From Chrysomallon squamiferum (taxonomy: Eukaryota > Animalia > Mollusca): 64,000 bases of DNA. The DNA is taken from contig CM022665.1 in the NCBI GenBank assembly GCA_012295275.1, positions 47,306,001-47,370,000 of the forward strand, in the 5' to 3' direction. Under the pieces are notes generated by a model that worked only from the letters and a program-made list of their open reading frames with translations, was not told the origin of the DNA and searched no databases. Each line of letters begins with the position of its first letter. The stretch's first letter is position 1. Shown piece by piece: positions 25,101 to 64,000 of this stretch. The position numbers were made by a program, and so were the translations under genes.

Positions 25101-27093
25101 TGCAGCTCAAAAACAGCACAGACCAAGGGACATCGTGCGATGAGTCTACTCTTCAAAAACAACAGACAAGCACACTAAAAGAGGCATCTTGTCAAGCGTA
25201 TATAGAACCGAAAAATACTTCAGTTAAAAACAAAAAGTTGAATGAAGGATCTGAAAAAGAACTGAATGTGGAAAAGGCACATAACGAAGCGACAGAGAGA
25301 AATCCTACAACTTTATCACGGAACGTCAAAGACAACACAGTTTCTACAGCAAATCCCGTAAAAGATTCTAGTAAACCAGAAAGCGAGATTGGCCCCGAAA
25401 ACAGGTCAGTGAGTAATGCAGACAAACAAGACACACGAGAAATGGAAGACAACTCTGCTTCCGACATCAACAGGACAACGCCACAGAGTACTACCAATCA
25501 CTGTCCACCGGAATCTCTATCAGGTGGTCCCAAATCTTTGAACAAACATAAATATGTTTCTCTGTTGAAGAAAAACGAGAACGTCACAAAGACAGGACCC
25601 GTGATTAATCTGCCGCCATCTTTTCCTAAAGTCGATGGAGGAATAGAAATTGTACTGGATGATTCATCATCAAACTCGAAAAGTTCGCCTAAGACCAAGT
25701 TAGATCCATCAAAACGATTTGCTTTGTGTGTCCTGTACAATAAGTCGTATCTGGTTCCCTTGTCTGACAATGATTCGCTGGGTTTGCCTGGGTGTACCAG
25801 TATCGTCAACAGACTGGTCAAATATGTAGCACAAAAAAATAAAACAGCAGGCCCCACTCCTGTATTAACTCCGTCAACATCTAGTTTACATGGTGGGGTT
25901 TCCTCTACAGTCACTTCATCTTCAGCTGATACCAGACTGCAGAAGACAATCAGTCGTTCCTCTAAATCGTCCTCTACAATTAGTCTTCCTACGTCTTCAG
26001 TTCGGTGCTCCGTGGTACAAACAGAGATGTCTGACTCTGAATCATCTTCGTCGGCTTCTCTTCAGAATTCTTCACACACTGTTACCGAACGAAATGTCCA
26101 TCAGAACAAATATGACAACAGTGGAGATAGGCGTGGCTTTACAAGCGCTTCACACCAGTCCCGCACATCATCGTATATGGAAGCTTCGCCAGACAACAGT
26201 TCTTTGTCATCAAGTGTGGCTATTAAACAGGAGCCACTGGATGACGAATACTACGAGGAATCCATGGAACAAGACGCAGCTAGTGTCCAACCTATGGAAC
26301 AAGAAGCCACACATATCCAGCCTATGGAACAAGAAGCCGCTAGTATTCAACGTGTGGAAGAAAAGACATTCAACAGTGAACAGACTGAAGAAGATGTTTT
26401 TGATAACGTATCGGAAGATGTTTGTGTCTTTGAAGACCCCGCGGAGTACGAGCAGACGGCAGATAATGACATAACTGTGAGAACAACAAAAGAAGACGAA
26501 AATGGTCGATGGCAGCAGATTTGGTGCTCTGACGTCATGCCTGCAGACGATCCCGAGCCAGAAAGTCATTCAGATGCTGCAACAGAGATACACAGCGGGA
26601 AGTCTGCAACAGCGACAACAGCAGCAACAACACCAACTGGACGGTCACTTTTCGAGAAGATGTACACTGAATTTAACACTATGCATTCACCGACAACTAC
26701 GAATGATTCTGAAGATTCAGTTCAAGCAAGATCACAGATCAAAAAAGCGTTTTCTTCAAGATTAAGAAGCAAAACTGCAAAACAGCACCAGTCGGACAGA
26801 GCTGGTTCTGTTACACCTGATCCCAGAGAAGAGCAGCAAACAACAGAGTCTGACGAAGACGAGTCAACGACGCAAAATGTGTCTGATCATCGTGAAGGGC
26901 AGCAAACATCTGACTCAGAAGACACGTTAGTAAATAATGAACGTTTTCAGGAGGAGATAGTCAGAACTCGGTTGGTGTGGAACTGGATCGTTTGACTGAA
27001 CAAGAAAAACGAATACAACAGTTAAAAGAATTATTACGTCAGAAGGAAGATGAACTTAAGAAATTTCGAGAAAGACCTCGAACAAGTTTCTGA
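21589..27093 (+). CDS. Uncharacterised large Ser/Glu-rich, probably nuclear protein (~1,636 aa if repaired); exons 21589-22093 and 22690-27093; frameshifts at ~24100 and ~26945
   Basis: A GT-AG phase-1 intron (22094-22689) joins ORF 21589 in frame to ORF 22704. ORFs 22704-24134, 24131-26995 and 26941-27093 each overlap in the -1 frame at short homopolymers. C-terminal coiled coil EQEKRIQQLKELLRQKEDELKKFRE; AATAAA at 27497. Confidence 0.75.
21721..21834 (+). repeat. Coding 42-bp tandem repeat (ECSEMGNSQDRESS), ~2.7 copies
   Basis: Visible in the DNA and in the translation of ORF 21589. Confidence 0.75.
23265..23570 (+). repeat. Coding 51-bp minisatellite, 6 copies (QSAHNESSADQNSHTCS)
   Basis: Six in-frame 17-aa units with progressive divergence. 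Confidence 0.9.
26264..26353 (+). repeat. Coding 30-bp repeat, 3 copies (MEQEAASIQP)
   Basis: MEQDAASVQP MEQEATHIQP MEQEAASIQR. Confidence 0.75.
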
Positions 27094-27604
27094 TGATTTT
27101 CTTTTTCGTTTATTTGTTATTGTAAAAACAGTACTATTACCATCTTTAACTCTTTGTTTTTAGTGTTGTTCCCATGATTCCGTTTGAGGAAATATCACTA
27201 ACTGGAAGCTTTTTTTTCTTCTGAAGCACATGATCAGAAGGACATGATCCAAATATTACAGTTAAAAAATCAATTGTTTCTGAAAATTTAAAATTCAAAC
27301 ACATCAGCGAAAAAAATCACTCATGTATATAATTAAATTTGATTTTTTTATTGTTTTTATTATTATTCATCTTCACCATTTCTTTTCATATTATTTTCAT
27401 ATTATTTTGTATTATTTTGATTTTTGTTATTAAAGTTTTCACCATGTGGTGAGATTATTATATCTCATAAAGTAACACTGCCATTAAAAGATTTTGAATA
27501 AAAATATTTAAAATTATTTTCTGTAGTTTTGTCTGTCTATCTGTCCGTTTATACATCCATCTATGTAATTAGTATTATTATTATTTTTTAAATGTGTAGG
27601 GGTT

Positions 27605-27662
<58 letters not shown>

Positions 27663-28439
27663 CACATACACACAAATAAATTTTATATGCCATACATTTT
27701 GTAACAAAAACAATAAAAAATATATATATTTATTTAAATAAATGAAACCAGTAAAAAGCTGTATTAAAATTAAGAAAAATACCAACGTAAAACATACGGC
27801 ATTGTTTTGTTTCATTATTGTTGTTGTTAAAGCAAAAGACATGCAAAAACTGATAATTTAAAACATCTGCAGCATATACAGATTATATGATTTTCGCGAT
27901 AATTTATGACTTTTATAAAAGAGGGAAAAAAACAGAATTTTCTAAACAATTTTGATCAGAAATTAATTAATATGTTATGACATGAAAAAAGAAAAAAGAA
28001 AAGACAAAACATTTAATGAATTTCTCTAATTTTACTTGTGAACCTCATTTTCGATGACTACGTTAAAACACTTTATTTTTACAAATACAAAGTCGATGCA
28101 AATAGTTATTTGCACAATGGTACTAATAATTTACATCGATTTTTATATCTCAGTAATTTTGCTGGAGTATTATACTGATTTTCAATGATTTTCAACAGTC
28201 CCTTTATTATTTATAATTCTCGATGTTATTTAGCGTTTTAAGAACAACAACATTAACGCGCACCTGTTTAACAAATCACTACATCTGGTATATACCGATT
28301 TCACACGTTATTAAAATTAATAAAGAATCATACTTGCTTTCACATTTTATCTACTTAATGTTATACGTTGTGCGATTGTTGAAGCTAAAAAGGTAAACAA
28401 ACACTTTCTATTTTCTATTGTGAGACCTTTGATAATGTT

Positions 28440-28561
28440 GTTATCGTCACCGAACAGACGCCAAGCATGCGTGGTAGCAACAGGAAACTAATGGCGGGTG
28501 TTTGACAATCTTGACACAACTTGCATTTACATCGTAACGTGAACAACAATCATTATAACTG
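28440..28561 (+). promoter_or_regulatory. Putative ECT2L promoter / non-coding first exon
   Basis: CpG-containing patch with TAGCAAC (RFX half-site, 28475-28481) and AATGGCGG (YY1-like, 28490-28497); donor G|GTAAGA at 28562; acceptor at 29077 precedes ATG 29082. Confidence 0.45.
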
Positions 28562-29030
28562 GTAAGACAGACATGTGCATTTAGTCATTATAGCAAGAAG
28601 ATATATGAATAAAATAAAAGTGAAAGTTTTTTGTTATTTTTTCCTTCAGAGTAATAAAATATAAAATAAAATAAACTTTCACTTTTTTGTTTTCCGTATC
28701 TTAGTATGATTCGGGTTTCCAGGAAGCAGAAATACGTGCATCAGTCTTAATATTCATTTATATATGTTATTGTTTATTTAAAAATATCAAACATGGATAA
28801 TCGCTATACGAAAGTTTAATGTTATAAGAATTATTTTATTGTTTTTGTTGTTGATGACTAGCTTATTATAAATTATTTTGTAACATCAGAATTATTTATA
28901 TTTACTTTATTAAAGTAAAAATTTAATAGGACTGTTCTGATTAGTTGTTATAGAATGTCAAGCTGTGATATTATTTTGAAGTTGTTATTGTTTTTTTATA
29001 CATACAAACTACTACTGTTACTACTACTAC

Positions 29031-29073
<43 letters not shown>

Positions 29074-29081
29074 TCAGTATT

Positions 29082-55697
<26,616 letters not shown>

Positions 55698-56013
55698 GTT
55701 CACTTTGGGGTGACTGTCAGATCAGTTCACTTGAGAGTAAAGATGGTGAATTGAAGACAATCTAAAGTTGAAGTGTAGAGATTGTGAAACAAATTTCTTA
55801 GTGTCATGTTAGAAACACAACATTTTCTTGTATTATAAAACACATAGAATGTAACAAAACAAAACACAAAGAGACAACAAAACAATATTTACATTACAGT
55901 GTTTAAAACACATAGACCTTTTTTTTAAATCACTTCTCTTTATTGTTAAACAAAATTTTAAAATTAAAATCCAAAATTCTGTCATGTATCTGTGCATATA
56001 CACAATACATATA

Positions 56014-56065
<52 letters not shown>

Positions 56066-57989
56066 AAATGTTCACTGAATGTTTTGACTGTGTTATTTAT
56101 TTGTATCTGTGATATTCACTGTCTGACTGTGATACTGTTAGATTGTTATAAAGTTATGTCAAACGTTATTGTTATTTTTACTGTTAACTGTTAAAACAGA
56201 GTTTGAGTTTTAATGTTGCCATGGTGTTTATCATCTTTATTGAATAGTTATACATATTTAACACATAGAAAAATCATAATTTATATACTAATATAATTCA
56301 TTAGATCTGTATTTAGAATTTAAAATGTTAATATTACATTATACTAAATTGTAATATTTATATCATCTTGCTTTATATAATAAAACTAAATAAATTTATA
56401 TTCAAAATTAAAATTAGATTTATATAAAAAAATTATTTATTATGTTGTATAAGACTAAAATGATTTGTCATGATACTGTGTAAAAATTAAATATTTTTTA
56501 TCATAACTTTGTACAAAATTAAAATTCATGTCATTTATCATGAAACTACAGACCTAAAATGATTTATTATCAGAAACAAATAAACTAAAATCATTTATCA
56601 CCAAAGAAGTGCAAAACTAAAAAAAAACAACTGTCATTGAAACTACAGAATGTAAATGATTTATCATCAAAAATATATAAAAACTACATTAATTTACAAT
56701 CAGTGGTGTACAAAAATAAAATAATTTATCAAAATACTTATACGATATTAAAATGATTATTGTATTTTAAGTGAGTTATGACCTGCATTCGAAATCTCAT
56801 ATTTTATTTAGTTATTTTAATTTTAATTTCATTTTTTACATAAATTTTGCAGCATCAGTTTTCAGTATTTGTATATATATATATTTATTTATATACTTTA
56901 TAGCTTTATTTATTTATACTTCTGTTGCTAGTCCTGTATTTATGTATTCATAATTACTCATTTACTTTGTTAAATATTTATTAAAATTTTATTATTATGA
57001 AAGAAGATTTAGTCAGTGTTGTAGGATGCTTGGTACATTGTTAATCGATAGTAGGGAAGGACAATGTAATAAATTACTAATTAGAAATCAAAAATTAAAA
57101 TGCAGACCTCATAAGTACTAAAATGACCTCTTGCAAATGAACAGAAAGTGACATTGTGATTAGACAGATAAATTGTTAAAATTTTCAAATCTTTTTAAAA
57201 ATTAACAAATTAAACTGGGGCTTTTTTGAGGTTTGTTTGTTTGTTTTTTTTTTTTTTATATTTTATTTTAATTTTTTAATTTTTTAACTTTTTTTTTTCT
57301 TTCTTTCTGGGTTTTTCTGTTTTGTTTTGTTCATTTGTCCTTTAATTTTTAATTTTTTTTTTTTTTTTTTTTTAAATTACTGTTCAATGTTTTCATTATT
57401 CTTGCTTAATTATCTACATTATTTTTACATGCATGTTTTGCCATTTTAATTCATTGCTTTGATTATTTCCCTAAAAATTTCTATTTTTAGGGGGTTATAA
57501 AAAAAAAAAAAAAATGTTATTAATAAACGAAGACAGGCATGTTTTAAAATTGTCTTTTCAATTGCACTTTGATAGCAGCTGATGTGAAATAAGCTTAAAT
57601 AGCTTTTCAAAAATAGATTTCTTTTTGGGCTTTAGAGTGCAGGTGCAACTTTTGAAAAAAAAAAAAAAAACCTCTTACATAGAAACTGCAGGTGTCTGTG
57701 TAGATGAAAGCCTTTCAGTTGATAAAGATTTTGAACTTACATGACATTCATATCATAAAAAAAAAAAAAAAAGTTTAAAAAAATTATAATTAAAAATCAC
57801 AAAAAAAAAAAGTAGGGTGGAATTAATTAAAATGTGGAACATGTTTAAAAATATAAGACAGGTTGTGAAAGAGTCTTTATTTTATTTCTCCCAGCTTTTA
57901 TTTTTATTTTTATTATTATTTTTTTTATTTTTTTATCATTATTTTTTTTTATTCTTTCTAAAAAAATATCCAAAGTTTATTTTTTGTTT

Positions 57990-58062
<73 letters not shown>

Positions 58063-58897
58063 TTACATTATTCAGTATTCACAAGAATGAACTGTTATTT
58101 TCATATAATACATTTTAGTGTTGTTTTCATTGACATTAATTTTCTTGCTAATTGCAGGACTGAATATCTTCCACATTTTTTAAATTTACATTTGGGTACT
58201 TTATACACACTATTTAATTAACTGGTTTTTTTTCCCCTGTCTCTGTTATTGTATTTAATTATAAAAACAGAGCATTTTATTTCAACAACATGGTTACATT
58301 AATAGTAAAAATATATTTCTCTTTTTTCAAATGCCTTGGTTGCCTTTTTTTACCAACTGGTTACAAAATTAAAAATTAATTAAGTATATAATTTTCCTCT
58401 TTTTTGTTTTTGTTTTTATTTCATTGCCTTATTTGTCTTAAATTGTACAAGTTTAATTATTTAACGAACAAAAAAAATTGTATCATTTCCAGTGGCCTTG
58501 TTTGGTTAAGGAAACAAAGGTTTTCTTTAATTGTTTAATTAATTTTATTATTATTATTATTATTATTATTGCTTCCAGTTGGCTTATTTATACAACTTGG
58601 TTACATATACACTGTATTTCATAACTGTTTGATAATAAAGTTTTATATCACATTGTTATTGGTTTTCGTTTTACTTTTCTCATTACAAGGCAGACAGGTT
58701 AGGTTATGCTTTAATTAGTTAATTACAGTCTTCAGCATTTTGATAAATAGATTTTATCTGAACAAAATATTCATTACATAGGAAAGCTTATACAATAACT
58801 GTTGATAAAGCAATCTTGTTGTAGCTGGTTGGAATGTGAAAAAGGAGGACTGACAAGGTGATTAACAAAATCTCAGGCCAGCACACACACACTAACT

Positions 58898-58952
<55 letters not shown>

Positions 58953-59065
58953 CTCTCTCTCAGACTGTCTCTTTCTCTCTTTCTCTCTCTCTCTTTTCTC
59001 TCTCTCAGACTGTCTCTGTGTCTCTCTTCTCTCTCTCTCTCTTTCTCTCTCTCTCTCAGACTGTG

Positions 59066-59152
<87 letters not shown>

Positions 59153-59584
59153 CTCTCTCTCATGGACACACTAATGTAAACACTGTACCTGACTGAGTAA
59201 TGTTATTTCAGTTGTTAATAAAAACCCACGCCACTGCTGCCGTCGTAGCTGCAGTAAGCCAGCGAGTGGGTTGTTGTAGTTTATTGAACACTCGAAGGAT
59301 GAGTCTGCAGGGAATATGACAGGAGCCAGTGTTGTGAAAACTCAGAGTATTTCTAATACTTCTGCTCCAGCGAGACTCTGCCTACAAGAAACCCATCAAA
59401 CAATAATTACTGGCTGCTTTGACCAGAGTAAACACAATCCTGTCATGTTATTCAGAGACACAGAGGATGTTTTTTCTAACTGTACATGCACACACATCTA
59501 CATAGTTATATTGCAGGATGAATTTATTAATTAATAAACAATAGTGATAATTTTAATAATAATAATAATAATAATAAAAATAAA

Positions 59585-59718
<134 letters not shown>

Positions 59719-60071
59719 TAATAATAATAATGATAATGATAATATAATAATAATGAAGATAATAATAATAATAAAAAACAACAATAACAATAATAATAAT
59801 TATTATTATTATTTTATTTTTAATATAGTACTTGTTTTGGTTTGTTTCTCTAAAACAATGAAACTGGGGGATTTGCTCAGAAGGCATGTATTATTTAAAT
59901 TATTACCGTATAATTTTTATTAATGGTGGCATTATTACAGATATTACGTGACCAAGATGATACTGATTTTACCACTCATCAAATCAATTTATTATACAGT
60001 ATTTCAGTTTCATTTTGCATTTATCTGTTTCAGTGAAACAACAGGAAATAAATTGATTATAGTAATTAAAT

Positions 60072-60160
<89 letters not shown>

Positions 60161-61699
60161 TTTTTTTCCATCTTTCTCTTTTTCTATTACTCTGTCTCTC
60201 TGTTTTAATCACATTTTGAGCTTTTACTGCAGGCACGATATTTGAGTCTCTGGTAACAACAACAACGATAATTAAAGAAAAAATAATAATAATAATATTA
60301 AAGCTAATTAGCCCCTGCAAACATCAAAGTTGATTTAATAACTGCGCAATAACCTGACAAAACAACGTGCGTGTAAAACTGTCTGAAAAAGCAAATAAAA
60401 CTCGTCACTATTATATGACTACCGCTACAGATATTTTCAATAAACACTGTTTGATAAAAACTGTTGATTTAATAATGAGATTAGCGATGTACTTCGTATT
60501 AACGGAAATAAGGCAATCAATACTGGTGCGCCATCAATACTGGGGGAATTTACGTTTTTGGCGGGGAAACGTGACTGGATGAATGGAGACGACGTAGAGA
60601 TGTGGGATTTGATTCAAGTCGGCGCAGCATCGTCGGATTCCAGTCCGTCTGGTTTTATATCCGATCACTTTTGAATCTGTTTCACTTATTGAATAAGGGT
60701 CAATTATGTTATTAACTCTGATGGGGTTTTCGGCTGTTAAATCTGTTGGAAAATGTTTGAGTTATTCTCAGTTCTTATTTCATTAATACGTGTTCTCGTC
60801 ATACCACTTAATCGGGAAAAAAGAAATTCGGACCATAATGGCTTTAAAGTCGAAAGTTAAGTTAAAAAAAAATATGATGGTGTTTATAGTTTATGCGGTT
60901 TTAGGTCTACATCTGGTTGAGCAGAGGATTTATTTAATATTACTATTACAGTATTTTAATGCTAGAACAGATGTAAAAAGGTCAAATAAAATTAAACAAA
61001 CCCATTCTCGTTTATCAGACGTTTAAAAGCACTAATTTAAGCAGCCAAATTAACGTCAAAAGATGTTCCATGTAATGAAAACTAGTCAAACGAAAAGGGT
61101 TCGAATTTTTTTTAGTAAAAGTTCATGCCTTTTTATTATACCATGTTTTATGTATTTATTTATTTATTTATGTATTTATTTATGTATTTATTTATTTATA
61201 AATTCATTAAAAAAAAAAACTGATCCGAAAGCATATTAGTAGAGTTGGAAATACTGATTGATTTCACAAGCGAAAGCGGGTTAATGCAGTTTAACATGAC
61301 CTGTTAATATGAGCACTAGCAGTAAAGTACAAATCGTAGCAGAAATTAATATCGTTAGAATGCTGCCGGTTATCGTAACTGCTGAGATATTTTGCCATCT
61401 GCATCAAACAACAGTTAAAACACAGCTGCAGTTTGCTTGCCTTTTTTTCTTCTTCTTCTTTGTCAGTATGTATATACAGATCACATATCAAATAACTCTA
61501 ATTAAATATAGTTACAGTAATTGAAAGTGCATCAGATAAATAAATAAATGTTGGGAAAGACGATATTTGAAAAAAAAAGAAAAAAGACAGAATTAAAAAT
61601 TGATATTTTTAAAGTGTTCTTGACAGATTTTGTCTCGGGAGATCAAACTGGCTTATGTGTGTTTTACAAGTGTTAAAATAAAAACCTGCAAACTCTCTC

Positions 61700-62480
61700 T
61701 TGTCTAGCAAGAATGAATGAATATTTTATTTAATGACGTCACAAGACACGTTACTAAGTAACAAGCCAACTTTATCTCGGAGACTAGCAGTAAAGAGCAG
61801 CACCAAAAAGTGTCTAATTCATCTTGACGTAGGAAAGCACAAACTGATGACGTAATCACGTCAAACGAGCGTGAATAAAGCATACTGCAATTAACTCCAG
61901 CTTGCCACCATTAGTAATTCATTAACCGTGACGACAAAACGGTCCGAAAAAAAACAACAGTTTATGACTGAGTTACGGCAGACGGGGGGCTCTCAAAACC
62001 CCGAGACCTAAGGAAGGTTCTTTAACCACACACCTGCAACTGCAAAGACAAGGTTTTCAAAACTGAACCGATTTCATGTTTGCAATCGACGTCGAACGTC
62101 TGCCGAACGTACGGCAGAGAACTGTTAAAAGATCGGATACCCCATTCACTGTCAGAGCTGAATGTCGGCTAATTCGAACTGTCAGGTTGCTTATTGTCCG
62201 CGATGCCTCCAGGTACCGAGTAGTTATCTTCGAAATGAGTTTCCGTTAAGTTTGCGGAACCGTTTCTCCTTTCTGAATTACGATGACAGGTTTAATAGCC
62301 GGCGGTGCACAAATTGACGTATCACGACAGAGACGGCCAGGTTCCCCCCCCCCCCCCGCACACAAGTCAGCCAGGCAGACACAGAGATGGGGAGTGACGT
62401 ACTTGAATGCTGGAAAGCGACCAGATGAAAATTTGTTGAGGAAAATAAACTGGTGCTTCTTACAGAACTGATCGTTTTCT
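61700..62480. promoter_or_regulatory. CpG-rich non-coding island with many TGACGT(CA) sites; target gene not in window
   Basis: TGACGT at ~61734, 61825, 61848, 62315 and 62395; no convincing ORF. Confidence 0.35.
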
Positions 62481-63491
62481 GGGTTTTTTTCTTCTTCTTT
62501 TCTTTTCTTTTTTTTTTTTTTTTTTTTTTTTTAGCTTTTTTCTTTATTAATCTCCTTCAATCTATCCATTTCTCAGGGTGACATTTTCTTTTACTCCCGC
62601 CTTAGTCTTGTAGTTATCTACCTTTTTTTTTTTTTTTTTAAACTTATCATTTCGTGTGTGTGTGTGTAATGTTTATTTATTTATTTATATCAGGGATATA
62701 TATATATATATATTATTATTATTATTTTTATTTTTTTTTTTTTTAAACGACTTTCTTTTTTAAATAGTTCATGGATAGGTAAATGATGTAACGCCATACA
62801 GAGGACATTCTATAACAGTACTAACAAACAACTGTATGAATATGACTGACCGACTGTCAGTATTATTTAACATACAATTTTAATGACGATATAATCTATT
62901 CATTTTTCATTATTTCCTACCAGTACTACTACTTTTATTACTTCGTTTTATTCTTCATATTTTTACTGTTATTATTATTACTGACTACAAACTAATTATA
63001 AATATCTACAGGCATCTGATAATTAGGTTTCAACAAACGTTGCTTGTTGTGGTTACTGCGTCCTCCAGATAAAACAGATATTTACGTCGAAGTGGGATAT
63101 ACGTGCCTGTGCGCACGTACACTGAATGACACACGTAATTCGTCTTTAAATATATCCAGTCATAATTTGATTTTATCAATTTATTATCAGTTTTCAACAG
63201 TTATTATGATTATGATTATGATTATTGTTATTATGATGATGATGATGATGATGATGATTATTATTATTATTAGTAGTAGTAGTATTATTAAGCGGTTTCG
63301 AAAGTAATACAGTATGCAGACGGCAACTATGTGACGTCACGGTTATTTTAATAAGATTGGATGATTGACAGGTCACGCCTCCTTAGTATAATAAATAAAT
63401 AAATAAATAAATAAAAATGCAGCTACCAGCCGAATCAGAAAAAAAAAAAAAGTATGAGACGAAATGAATTCGTTTTCCAGCGGCTGCATTT

Positions 63492-63524
<33 letters not shown>

Positions 63525-64000
63525 TTATTGAGTAATGATTAAAGATAAAAATTACGAATCTGATTAGCATAAATAATAAAATTTAATAAGTTCGGTTGTT
63601 TTTTGTTACTGTGAGTCACAAGATACAGCTTTTAAAAGTTCGATTAAAGGACACCGTACGTGCATGTGTACGTAATTGCATCCTAAATACAGACTTGAAT
63701 AGAAATGTATGCTTTCAAGTGACTGTTAGCTTCAGGTTAACTTAAATAAACAATCTTAAGTGATTTGAATTATGTCTTCCGTAAAAAAAATATAAATAAA
63801 TATAAATAAATAAATATTTTAATTCCTTTTGTTATTTTTTACGAAAACTTAAAAACTATCGCTAGACTATAATAATAATAATATATTATAAATACACCCC
63901 CCCACACACACACTCCCTCTGCTGACATTAGTTCTGACTAATCTGTTGTTAGGACTGGTTGAGAACTTCTAAAGTTTTAACCCGTTAGGAACAAGATGTT

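Noticed and set aside
24095-26950. Programmed -1 ribosomal frameshifting in the orphan gene
   Set aside because: No canonical slippery heptamer in frame at either site; both breaks fall on short homopolymers and similar indels occur in ECT2L, so consensus error is more parsimonious.

Overview
AT-rich, microsatellite-dense animal genomic DNA. It is invertebrate-like and probably molluscan; that is an inference, not something the sequence shows. Left to right: (1) an achaete-scute/ASCL1-type proneural bHLH gene (minus strand, intronless CDS 290-1006) with ~15 kb of CpG-rich upstream islands; (2) two convergent tRNA-Leu(AAG) genes with an internally deleted Tigger/pogo DNA transposon between them; (3) an uncharacterised ~1,630-aa low-complexity, probably nuclear protein gene (21589-27093), broken by two single-base frameshifts; (4) a 24-coding-exon ECT2L orthologue (F-box, RhoGEF DH-PH; 29082-55697) with two locally frameshifted exons and tandem repeats anchored on splice sites; (5) a CpG-rich non-coding tail (59-64 kb). 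The strongest unexpected signal is three exact and one near copy of the vertebrate Ascl1/Brn (octamer + E-box) composite motif upstream of the ASCL gene itself, alongside RFX X-boxes and Hes-type sites, which suggests an ancient proneural-POU autoregulatory module. The frameshifts most likely reflect long-read consensus errors. All coordinates were read by eye and no searches were run.
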